From NCBI RefSeq assembly GCF_016432865.1, contig NC_067398.1, positions 91,450,001 to 91,514,000 on the forward strand: a DNA stretch of 64,000 nucleotides, written 5' to 3'. Both the position numbers and the translations under genes were made by a program. The stretch's first letter is position 1. Each line of letters opens with the position of its first letter. The notes under the pieces were generated by a model. The model was not told the origin of the DNA, made no database searches, and was given only the letters and a program-made list of their open reading frames with translations. This DNA is from Antechinus flavipes. Its lineage: Eukaryota. This document shows, one piece after another, positions 12,171 to 23,960 of this stretch.

Positions 12171-13644
12171 TACTATTAATATGTTACTACTAATACTACT
12201 AAATAATACTGTTAATAATAACTAATATTTATATAGTATTTTAAGATTTGCCAAGCATTTTACATGCAATATCTTACTTGGTCCTCACAATGACTCTGGG
12301 TAAGATAATTTTTTTTAACTTCAATTATTACCTCAATTATTGATGGGGAAACTGAGGCCCAGAGAGAAGAAATGATTTGTTCAGGATCACAAAGCTAGTA
12401 AGTGTCAGAGGTGGAACTTAAACTAGATCTTCCTGATTCCAAGAGCAGGATTCTATCCACTGAGTCAGTTGATGGTGAACTAAAACTCAGAGGAGAGATT
12501 GAAGCTGGAAATATAGATTTGACAGTCATCTGCATGGAGATAATAATTAAACCCATGTGAGTTAATGAGATCCCTAAGAGTTAATGAAATCTCTAAGCAT
12601 AGAGAGGAGAGACAAGAGTTGAAGATAAATCCTTAGAAAACAAGGATGTTGCCTCTTTGTCAGTGTTATTGTGCAATGTGGAGTCTGGAGGGATATTTTA
12701 TATTTCCATTTATTTTATGGATCACTGTAGTTTAAAAATATATATACTATGGTGAAGGAAGGGGAAATGTGCATTTATTAAGCACCTTCTATGTGCCAGG
12801 TACTATGTTAAAATTTTTATAATTATTATTTCATGTAATTCTTATCATCTATGAGGTAGAGATTGTTATTATCCCCATTTTACAACTGAAATAACTGAGG
12901 AAGACAAAGACTGGGTCCCTTCAGGATTTTACAACTAAGATATATCTGAGATCATCTTTGGACCCACCAAGTCTTCTTGACTCCAGGTCTAGCACTCTAT
13001 CCACTGTGCCACATTATCATGTTTTAATGAGCTTTTCCATGCTCAGCACTGCTGGTTCTAACACAACAGAAAAACTGTCTGTTATCACAATCTTTTCTAG
13101 CTTGATAAAACTGAGTTTTAGGTTCCTTCTAGCACAGTGGAACAATAGAAGCATGTCTTAGTTATTATATCACTTTCTTTTCTTTGCTCTCTTCTCACAA
13201 TGCTTCTTCTTCCACTCTCTCAGTCAGTATTCTCATGCTGTACCCCTGTGACTGCCCCCAAGCTCCATTTGTAGTGTCCCCATCAGATGTGTCATACTTG
13301 TCTTGGAATCAAGAATTGAATTCCAATCCTATTTCTAACAGTTATTATCTGTGGGGACCCTGGGCAAATAATTTAATCCTTCTAAATCTCAAGTTCTATA
13401 TATGTAAAATGAGAGTTGAACTAGATGACTTCTAAGATCCTTTTTATCTCTATACCTGTGATTTTATTAACTTCCATTAAACTGTGAATTATTGATACTC
13501 TATGCAGAGGTTTTTTACAATGACTAAAGAATTCCTTACATAGAAATAGACTAAGAAGTCTAGAAATAGAAAGGGGACTCCAAAGGCCACTTTGAATCAC
13601 TCCATGTAAGCAATTCCCTACTTACTAACTAGAAAAAAATACCC

Positions 13645-13865
13645 CTAGTCTCTCTTTCTCTGTCTCTATTTTTCTCTGTCTCTGTCTTTCTCTCTGTCTT
13701 TGAATCTCTGTGTATCTCTGTCTTTCTCTGTCTCTGTCTCTCTCCCATCTTTCTATCTCTCCATCTTTCTCTGTGTGTGTGTCTGTCTTTCTCTGTCTCT
13801 TGTCTCTTTCCCATCTCTCTCTCCTCTCTTCTCCTCTTTTTCTCTGTCTCTCTCTCTCTCTCTCT
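13645..13865 (+). repeat. TC-rich low-complexity tract
   Basis: Degenerate (TC/TCTG)n; source of spurious minus-strand ORFs. Confidence 0.9.
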
Positions 13866-15114
13866 GATTCAACAAATCATAGGATTTAAAACCGAAAAGG
13901 AATTTGGAGATTATTTGGCCTAGAAAGGGAATATGATGTGTCCGAGTCACATCAGAATCCAGGCTCTCTGACCCTAATCTAGAGCTTCTTCCACAAACTA
14001 TGCTTGCTATAAGAATCTAATAGCCTCAACCCACAGCCATCATCCACTCCAGGAAATAGAGGTTACATTGGCTAAGAAAGCTGATAACCCTTGGTTTAAA
14101 AATGCTGAAATTGTTGCCTAGATTTTTGCCTTCTTAGAAATAATGATGATTTTCATTCATATTAAATATTCCCATTCATACAGAACCTATGAAATTAAGG
14201 GTAGAGGAGTGACAAGGAGAGGTCTAAATCTCAGTGTGTGGCCCTAGGTGGATAATGTGGAATTCCATTTCCTGACAAAAATAAATCTGGTGTTTCTGAA
14301 AATTGTGCAACATGCATAGGGAATGTGTCATCATAGCAAAAGTGAGTCATGGGCCCCAGTCCAGATTATCCAAATCTAGTTGAATTCACTTTCTAAATAG
14401 AAAGTGTATTCCTGTCCAGCCTAACATTAGTGAGCTGGCATGTAAAGAAAGAATGGAAAGAAAGAGACAGCAAGGAAGAGATGCAAGTTGATACTTTGTA
14501 AGAAGGTTACTGGAAAAATGAAGTCTTTTCCATTGCAATATTTGAAGACTTTCTCTTTATTTCCCTTCCACCCACCCTCCAAATCTGCCTCTTCTCTTTT
14601 TTCTTTTCTGCTGTCATTATGTATATGTGTCTCATCTTTTTCTAATACAAAGTTTCAGGCAGGTTTTCTTCCCTCCAACTCAATATTTGTTTTAAATTTC
14701 ATAATGCAAAAAAATTCAGGTATTTGCCCATTTATTGCTTTCAATGATCACCATATTATGGCTGACATTCTTTCCAGCTTTAAGACCCATTATCCTGTGA
14801 TACACACTCATACACATGCACATACATGTACTATATACATATACATGTACACACATACTTTATAGACCACTGCTTTGTCGTCAGCTAATCTTATAGGACC
14901 AGCAATTATTTAGGATTTGCTCTTTTCCTGTTTTTTTCTCTCAGCCACAATAATTCTTATAAAGGCAGGGAAAAAAGGATTGTAGAGCAAGGAACCAAAC
15001 ATGTGGGTCCAATTCACCAGATGACAAAATGTCTTAAACTGGAATCACAAAATGTCTGAGTTGGACAGGTCTCAAAAATTATTTAGTGCTTCATTTCTCA
15101 AATATCTTGAAAAT

Positions 15115-16070
15115 TTATAAGAATGCTAGTCATTCCCCAATTGATAAATGGTCAAAGGATGTGAACAGTCAATTCAGTTTTCAAAAGAAGAAATAAAAGC
15201 TTTTTATAGGCATATGAAGAAGTGTTTGAAATCATTTTTGATTAAAGAAAAGCAAATAAAACAACTCTGTGGTACATCCTCACAGCTATTAGAATGGCTA
15301 ATACTACAAAAAAGGAAAGTGATAAATGTTGGCGAGGATGTGGGAAAATTGGAATAATTATCCACTGTTGGTAGAGTTGTGAACTGATTCCACTGTTTTG
15401 GAAATCAGTTTGGAACTATGCTCAAAGGGCAACCAAAGCATGCATACACTTTGATCCAGCAATACCACTACTAGGTTTATATCCCTAAGAAATCATAAAA
15501 AAGTGAAAAGAACCTATATGTGCAAAAATATTGAGAATAGCCTTTTTGTGATGACAAAACATTGAAAACTAAGGAAACACATCATTTGAGGAATAGCTAA
15601 GCAAACTATAGTATATGAATGCAGTGGAATATTGGTTGTGCACGAAGAAATAATGAGCATGCACATATCAGAAAAATCTGTAGCAACTTGTATTAACTGA
15701 TACAAAGTGAAATAAGCAGAAACAGGAAAACATTGTACATAGTATCAGCAAATTATGTGATGATAAATTGTAAATGACTCAACTTCTCTGCAACACAATG
15801 ATATAAGATAAGTACAAAAGACTCACAAAAGAAAAAGCTATTCATGTTCAGATAAAGCCTCTAAAAGCAGATTGAAGCATACTTTTTTCCACTTTATTCA
15901 TTTTTGTGGGATTTTCTTTTGATTTCTTTCTTCTTCCACAACTTGACCAATATGGAAATGTTTTACCTAATAGTACATGTATAACCTATTTCAAATTGTC
16001 TACCATTTTCAGAAGAGGGGAAGGGAGAAAAGGAGAAAAATTTGGAACTCACAATTTTATAAAATTGAAT
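15115..16070 (+). mobile_element. L1 ORF2 3' end plus 3'UTR (decayed)
   Basis: GGTCAAAGGATGTGAACAG...GCAATACCACTACTAGG...AAATAAGCAGAAACAGG...GAAAAATTTGGAACTC. Confidence 0.9.
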
Positions 16071-16164
16071 GCCAAAAATTTCCTTGACATGTAATTGGGC
16101 TGGAGCAGGGGAAGGAGGGGAGGGGAAATAGGAGAGGGAAGAATACTATTAAAAAAAAATCAAT

Positions 16165-16340
16165 AGGCACTTGAATAAAAATTCCCTCTACCAGTACATC
16201 TGACAAAATGGTCATCCATCTTTTTCCTGAAATCTTGAATGAAGAGGAAAATATGTCACCTTTTAAGGAAGACCATTCCACTTTGGAACAAGCTAGAATT
16301 GTTTGGAAATCCTTCCTTAAATAGGGACTAAATCAATCTC
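16165..16340 (-). mobile_element. L3/CR1 3' fragment
   Basis: Antisense CR1 tail (GGTCATCCATC...CCATTCCACTTTGGAACAAGCTAG). Confidence 0.55.
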
Positions 16341-17994
16341 ACAATAACTTCTAGACTGTATGGAATCTAAACTTTGAATCTTCTCCACCATTGAACAAGG
16401 GTACTTTACATTCAGTTGTACATTCAGTACAGTTACATTCAACATTAATAAATGTTGAATAAATGAATGAATTTTGAACCCTTCAAACTAATACAGCCAA
16501 GACTTCAACATTATAATCATCTAATAACTCAGTATCCTCAGTTTTTACAATCTCTTAGAATTCTATACTAGAGCTGTACACATCTAACCTGAGAATCACT
16601 TAGCTCTCAGAGAACAAGGAACATATATGATTAATTTTCTTTTTACAGTATCTTTCACAATAAATTTCATGAAAAGGGCCAAAAAGGTGGGACTTTTGAA
16701 ATTAAAATAGAATGAATTTTGGAATATGCAGAATTTACTGTTTCCCAAATCTCTTTCCTAGGACTCAACACTTCAAACGAACATTTAAACACTAAACAAT
16801 CTGATGTTCCTCCTCCTCCTCCTTCTCCTTTTTTTTTTTGTTCTTCCTCCTCCTTCTCTTTCTCCTTTTCCTTCCAGATCCAGCAAGGAGAAAAAGAAAA
16901 TATAGAGGGAAAGGTTTGCAAGTCCAAGTGATAAGCAGACCAGAGTCATATGCATTCTGATTCAGCACAAGTAAAAATATTTCTAATCATGTAGTATCAA
17001 GCCAGTAGAAAATGATGCAGCTACTATTGGATTTTTCATCAGCCCTGGAGAAAGGATCCTGTTACAGAATGTGTTTGAGGCTTTGAGTGGATGTGCTGGA
17101 GAGTAACAATCATCCCCATCCAAAACCCACATCCCCAAATGACAAAATGAAATCTCTTCCTTTGTGTGGTTCATGGGTTTGACATTTACTTAGTGAGTCT
17201 TTCTCTGTTTTATTGACTTCTATTTTTTTCCCTGAAGGCTTCCAGGGAATCTGGCCCTTCCTCACACGTCTTTCCTTTCTTTTCTTTTTCTTTAATTTAC
17301 AAAGTTCTTATCATAACAAGAACCTACTTCCTATAGCTAGAACAGTGTAGAGTTATAACTACAATAGGGCTAAATCTGCATAGTAAAAATATAATGTAAT
17401 TTAATTGTAATAACTACATACATTAAACTATATGTAATGTTCATTAAACATCCTAGGTAATGTACAATTAACGGGCATTAACATATGAATTGTACATTCG
17501 GTCATAAGTGCACAAATTATACATAATGTCCAACTTATATGTTAATTATAGCATTTGTCAGAAAAACACTGTGCTTAAAGTGTGCTTGCAATTCTGTTTC
17601 TCTTATAATCTTCTTTACCCTTTATTCAAAACTTTCTTTGAGAAACTTCCTTCTGAACTATAGCTTCCCTATTTTGCTCTTTAATCAAAGATTATTTTCT
17701 GAGAAGAGCTATTTTTAAATTTAGTTAATATTTAGAGATGAATAAACAATAGATGCATTGTCCTCATGTATAAATAGGATGATGGAGTAAAAGGTCCCTT
17801 CCACTTCTAATTCCCTAAAGCCTCTGATCAACACTAGGTCATACATTGATTCACCCCCTGAGTTATATGATGCAATAAGATATGGGAAAATCAGGAACCT
17901 TAAATTCTGGTCCCAGGTCTGCTGTCTACATTCAGTAGTTTGTGTCACTTCACTTTCTTAGACCTCAGTTTACTTCTCTGTAAAATAAGATTAT

Positions 17995-18470
17995 TTATAC
18001 ATAGCAAAAAAACTGGAGACAAAGTACCCAACAGTGGGAAATAGCTAAATAACTGAGTATATGGATATAATGGAATATTATTGTATAGTAAGATCTGAGA
18101 AAGGGAAAGGGAGACAACATTTCTGACATAAGCAAAATCAATACAACAATATGCACAATGACTATAATAAAGGAAATGAAAAGGACACTAAAAAGACTGA
18201 ACTCTTAGTAATTATAATGACCAACTTGGGCCCCAAAGAACAAATACTAAAACATATCTATGTTCTCACTTGGTAGAAAGGGATTCAGAAGTACAAAATG
18301 TTTTATACACTAATGAAGCCACTGTGTAGGTTGTTTTTGTTTTAATTTTTTTTTCTTTGTAACAAGAGAATTTCCAATATAGTTAAGGGGTATGAAGGAT
18401 AGAGGGAAGGGATATTAAGAGAAAAAATACTATCATATAAAAAGAAAGATCAGAAATGCAAAACAAATAA
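17995..18470 (+). mobile_element. Old L1 3' fragment
   Basis: ATAGCAAAAAAACTGGAG...GGAATATTATTG...GAAGTACAAAATG. Confidence 0.7.
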
Positions 18471-19019
18471 AATGAGGGAGTTGGATTAGATGTTTTCTAA
18501 AATCTTCCACCTCTGACATCCTATAACTGTGGTCCTGAAAGTCCAGAGTTCAAAATATGGACTCGATACTTCCTTAGCAAATCATTTTACCACCCCCAGT
18601 ATGATTTTCCTCATCTGTGAAATTGGGATAATGGGGCTTGGCAATCACCTACCTCACCTGGGTGTTATGTGGATTAGCTCATTAAGGAGAGTAAAGTGCT
18701 TTGAAAATACTAAATGTCACACAAACACTGAACATCATGGTGCAAGGAATGCAGTATTAAAGCTGGAACCTGGAAATCAGACGTCATTAAGGTAACGCTT
18801 GTAGCAAGCTCAGCTTGCTTGCCTTGGCCATGTGCAAACTTTTCCAATGCTACTAAGCCTGCTCGAAAAATACATTAGTAATGCCTTCCATTTATAGAGG
18901 CTATTTAATAGCAGCTCCTTAAAGCACTTTATGAGCATTACCTGGTGCCTGGCTTTGTTGCTTCCATTTTATAAGAAGAGAGACTGAGGCTCTGAGGAAC
19001 ATCTCCTAACTCCTAGCAT

Positions 19020-19600
19020 TTTCTTTGGCTGTCTCCCATGGCTGCAATACTCTCTCTTCTCTGTTTTCCTTCAACTAAAATCCCATCTTCTGGTAGAAGT
19101 CTTTCCTCCATTCTATTACTTCTAGGAGAAAATACAAAATGCTATGATTGACATTCAAAGTCTGTCATCACCTACCTCCCTCCTTCCTTTTTAGCCATCT
19201 TATACCTTACTCCTTGCCACATACACAACCTGTCTGGTTGTTCCACAAACAAGACACTATCTCTTGATTGTGAGCATTTTCTCTGCTTGTCTTTCACCTT
19301 TAGAAAGAAAATTCTTCCTTCTCTTCTTCCAATATTGACCTCCTTGGCATTCTGTATGTTTCTACCTTCTACAGGAAGTCTGCCTTCAACTCCTCTTCTT
19401 TCTAGTGCCTTCCCTCTGTTAATCATTTCCTATTTATTCTGTTATAGCTTGCTTCATATACATCTGTTTACATGTTACCTCCTTCTCTAGATTGTAAACT
19501 CCTTAAAGGCAGGTACTATCTTTTGCTTCCTTTTCAATTTCCTGTACAATGCCTAGTACATAGTAGGTGTTTATTGAGTGATTGATTTTGTTGAATGAAT
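19020..19600 (+). mobile_element. L2 3' end
   Basis: ...AGATTGTAAACTCCTTAAAGGCAGG...AGTACATAGTAGGTGTTTATTGAGTG...TTGAATGAATGAA tail. Confidence 0.8.
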
Positions 19601-19760
19601 GAATTCCAGACAAGACACCTTGTATTCAAAAACCTTTTTTTTTTTTTTTTTACTTTCTTGTTCAAACTAGACTTGTGGCTGTCTGGGGAAATTGAGGTTG
19701 AAGACAATTGATGGGGAAGAAATCCTAGGAGGTAGTGCAAAACAATATGTTCTCAATTTG
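19587..19760 (+). repeat. Left arm of ~174-bp inverted repeat
   Basis: Reverse complement of 21136-21308 apart from a few substitutions and poly-T length. Confidence 0.95.
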
Positions 19761-20088
19761 GTTATCTCCAATATATCCTCTCTGTAGTTTATAGATTATA
19801 CCTTCTTCATTTACATGTTGTCTCACTCATTAGATTATAAATTCCTTGAAAATGGAGATTGTTTTTTGGCTTTCTTTGTATCTCCAAAGCTTAACATGGT
19901 ACCAGGAACATAATATTTTGTGTTTATTTACTGACTGAACAAAGAGAGTTGTTAAAGCAGAGAAAAGATATCATTGCCATCTTTAAAATAAGAAGATGAA
20001 AGAAAGGAAGCTGATCTCCCCAAATTTACTTCATCCCTTTCATCCCATTCAATTTCTGTTTGAATTTCTATTGAGGCAGAAAATTTTT

Positions 20089-20316
20089 CAGGGGTCATGC
20101 TAGACCCAGATTTAACTGCTTCTCAAGAGCTGATTGTTAAATTTCCAGTGCTAAACTGGCCAGTGGTACAAATAAGACTTTGATTTTTGTTTTGTTTATT
20201 GTCTATACCTAAGAAAATGATGGAGAAATGTGATGCAGATCAAACTTAAAAAATGTGTTATGTGAATCTTTTTTTTCTTAGCGAAATGGTCGTTAAGCAT
20301 TTACCAACACATCACA
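20089..20316 (+). mobile_element. MER63-like hAT DNA transposon
   Basis: GAGCTGATTGTTAAATTT...TTGTTTTGTTTATTGTCTA...GATGGAGAAATG...CATTTACCAACACATCAC. Confidence 0.7.
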
Positions 20317-20569
20317 AGCATAATAGAATGCTGGACTTGGAAACTATAAGACAGGTTCATTTAGAAGCTGTGTGGTCCTGAACAAGTCATTTATCCACTC
20401 TGTACCTCAGAGTTAGGGAAACTCTAAAAGAGGGAGTGACTCAATAACTTCAATAATTTCTAAGATCCCTTCTACTTCTATATCTATGATTATATGATCC
20501 TAGTGTTAAAGTTGGGAATCGAAATCATTCGCTTTTTGGTGGTTCTGAGTATTACAGAATCACAGAATT

Positions 20570-20900
20570 TCAGAACTGACACCTCTGTGTCTAAATAAGA
20601 ATCTTCACTACAACATACCCAAGATGTGATCATTCTACCTTGTCAGAAGACCTCTAATGAAATGTCCACTACTTCCAGAGGCACCCCAATCTATTTTTAT
20701 TAGGCTTTAACTGCTGGGAGGTTTGATTATTTATTTGTTTAACATTAAACATCCTAATTCTTCCCTTTGAGGCTAATTTAATCTTCTAAAATAATAGAAG
20801 ACAGGTACCATAACACAAACCCCTCCCCTCCATTCTTCCCTTCTCCATTCCTAGTTCCTTCAAATGATCTTCCACATGAATCTGAGGCTCTTTGACATAC
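20570..20900 (-). mobile_element. L3/CR1 fragment
   Basis: Antisense CR1 3' region (AAGACCTCTAATGA...CACTACTTCCAGAGGCA). Confidence 0.55.
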
Positions 20901-21135
20901 TGGTTAATGTTCCTTCTAAATTTGGGGAGCCTTCACTTTCTAGCTGTTGACACTCTCTAGTTTTGATGACAATCATCTAAGGCCATTTCCAAAGTAATTG
21001 ATAAATTACACTAGGATTCCTTATAGGAGACACCTGCATCTATCCTTTTAAGTATTCGGACTTCTCAAGGCCTTTGAATCTGAAGGAATTAAGATTTAAT
21101 CCTTTTCAATCATTTTAAGATCTCTCTCATTGTCT

Positions 21136-21308
21136 CAAATTGAGAACATATTGTTTTGCACTACCTCCTAGGATTTCTTCCCCATCAATTGTCCTCAACC
21201 TCAATTTCCCCAGACAGCCACAAGTCCAGTTTGAACAAGAAAGTGAAAAGAAAAAAAAAAGGTTTTTGAGTACAAGGTGTCTTGTCTGGAATTCATTCAT
21301 TCAACAAA
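21136..21308 (-). repeat. Right arm of ~174-bp inverted repeat
   Basis: Reverse complement of 19587-19760. Confidence 0.95.
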
Positions 21309-23254
21309 CATCAATTAATAAAGGCTTCATGTTACAGACATTATCTCATTTGTTCCTCATAACCTCTTGAGGAAATTATTATTATCCCCATTTTACAGAC
21401 ATAGAAACTGAGCGTCAGAGATTAAATGACTTGCCCAGCACAACTATTTTGTGTCTTAAATGAAAACCTAGGTTTTCCTAACTCAGAGTTTAGTATATGA
21501 TAGATCCACTTTGCCCTCCACCTCTCACTCAATAAAAGTAATCATCAATGTCAGGCACATAATAGACATTTAATAAATATTTATTCTTGATTGATTGGTG
21601 TCTCTATTTTACAGAAGAGAAAAGTAAGGATGAGAGCTGTAGTGATTTACACTTCAGTGACTTAGTCTTGCAGTAGGCAAGGATCATCTACTTCAGAAGA
21701 TTGTCTCAATTGTGAGTTATTATAGATGCTACAGAGGTGTGTCTGTAGTACGAAGAAGCTAAATGACCTATCCTGGTCACTGAAGTTATCTGTTTCAGAG
21801 CAGATCTAAACCCAAGGTCCTCGTGCCTGTAATTCTAACACTGCACATCTTGCATAGGGAAATATTTACAAACCTAAGAATGCCATAGAAACGGGAGGTG
21901 CTATTCTTATGTGGTCAAGAATCACTACCAGAACTTTAACCAGATCTTGCCCTATTCTCTTTCTCCATTAGCATGAACATTAGGACCTGCTACATCCTAG
22001 ATTCCAGATAGTTAGAATATAACCTCTCCCCTTTCCCCATATGCTAACAAGAGGGGAAGGTAGCCAACAGATCTTCATTGCCTATTGCTACTATTCAAAG
22101 AAATACAAAACACTTAGCATAATCCCCAATGGGAGACTGCATGTAGGGGACAATGTCCTGACAGCAAAAATATGGATGCTTCCTGCATATTTTACTTCTG
22201 CTGGGATTCTCAACAATACTTTGACTCCACCCTGATATTCTGCTTTAGGCAGTAATTCAAAAAAGTAAGACTTCCAAGACTGAAAATGTCTGGAAGGCTC
22301 TGAGTATCTCAGAGAACAAGCATCCTCAAACTTCTGTTTCCACCCCATAGTTCTTCCCCTTAAAGGAAAGATGGAAACGAGCCCTGGAAATGCCCATATT
22401 TCTGATTAAATCACCACATTCTTCAAAGCAAGGGATTTCATATATTCCCTTCTCTATTTGGCATCCTCCCACTCCATGTTTGGACTGTCCACTTAGAATA
22501 GAGTTGCTTTTTTAACTGATCTCTTCTGATTTGTTACTAAAACTTTCTACTAGGCATTCAGTCTCCTTCCTTATCCTTTCCAAATTGAATTTCCTCAGAT
22601 GTCCTACTTAGGGCCTTGGTGAGGAGGGTCTCCATCTCTCTACAGAAGAGAAAGAATAATTTAGAAGAAAAAAGAGATTAATTAACTACTAGGCTGCTGA
22701 GTAACTAACCTTGGATCACACAGCTGTTGACAGGGGAATAGAGGCTCCAATTCATGAGCTTCCTTTAGGCTTAAGCCATCCTATTCCCTAGCCAAAGCAT
22801 TAAGCCTGCATCCAAATGACCAGGGCAAAAGTGCAAATACGATAGAGAGAAAAGCATACAGAGAGATCAGGAATTCATACATATATTCAGCAAGCAAGCA
22901 TTTGGCCCCAATATCTACTGGGGGGGGGCGTATCTATTAGTGTCTAAGACCCTAAGGGAAACACAAAAAAGATAGAAAAGGGGGCCCTCAGGTCACTTCT
23001 CTAAATAAGATATGTAAATTCATCAGGGAAGGCAAAGCTAATGGAGAATGAAAGTAAATACAAGGTAAGAGTGATTTCAGCTCCATAACAATTGTAAAGG
23101 CTAGTGTTGAATGGCAAATCAATTAAAGGAGTGATCAAAAAAAAAAAAAGTATCTTAACAAGAACAAGATTGGGGAGGAACAGCAACAATCATAATCACT
23201 GATTATGAAAAAAGAGGGAAGGATTCTAGTAAAGTGCTACTTGATGAATCTACA

Positions 23255-23500
23255 GTGTGGGAAAAGGAAGAAGAAGACAAGGAAAAATGAAGAGGAGGAG
23301 GAGAAGTGGAGGGGAGTGGAAGGAGGAGGGGAAGGAGGAGGAAAGAGGAAAAGAGGAGGAAGAAGAGAAAGAAGAAAAAGGAGGGGAAAAGGAAGAGGGA
23401 GACAAAGGAAGGAAGGAAGGGAGGGAAGGAGGTAGTAGGGAAAGGGAAGGAAGGGAAGGGGGAAGGAGGGAAGAAATGAAGGAAGGAAGGAGGAAAAGAT
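23255..23500 (+). repeat. Polypurine (GGA/GAA/GGAA) low-complexity tract
   Basis: Almost pure A/G strand; source of four overlapping spurious ORFs. Confidence 0.9.
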
Positions 23501-23619
23501 ATTGTGTCTGGAGTATTGTATTTTGCCGTAAGTACCACATTTTAGAAATGATAGTGATAACTAGCAAAAAAATAAAAAAAAGAGCAGAATTGTGAACAGT
23601 TTCAAAATCATTTCACATG

Positions 23620-23960
23620 AGGATCTGCAGAAGGAACTGAGATTTTTTTTAGTCTCAGGAAGGGAAGACTTAAAGAGGGGCCATGACAGATGCTTGTCTT
23701 CAAGTATTTGAGGTGCTATTGCATAAAAGAAGGCCTGGCTTCCAGATTGATGCAGTTATTTTCAATGGACAGAACTAGGAACAATAGATGGAAAATGCAA
23801 AGAGAAAAAATTAGACTAGATCTCAGGGAAAACTTCCCTAACTCTCATTAAATTCTTCATGAAAAAGTATATGTTGGAGGGTGGGGGTGGGGAGAGGAAC
23901 CTCTTCTTCAGACATGGTTTAGACTGAATGGCTTCTAAAGTCCTTTCAGATGATCAAATT
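23620..23960 (+). mobile_element. L3/CR1 3' end
   Basis: GTCTTCAAGTATTTGAGG...GGACAGAACTAGGAACAATAGATGGAAA...AAAACTTCCC...GTCCTTTC. Confidence 0.8.

Noticed and set aside
13629-13950. Arg/Glu-rich ORFs
   Set aside because: Translations of a TC/GA simple-repeat tract.
16800-16931. Polypyrimidine tract plus CAG followed by a purine-rich segment (possible 36-nt plus-strand exon)
   Set aside because: Donor GTTTGC is weak and the tract is a CCT/T simple repeat.
22041-22348. Overlapping 64-aa and 85-aa ORFs in unique sequence
   Set aside because: No recognisable homology or convincing exon boundaries.
23203-23595. Four overlapping ORFs of 76-112 aa
   Set aside because: Pure polypurine low-complexity sequence.
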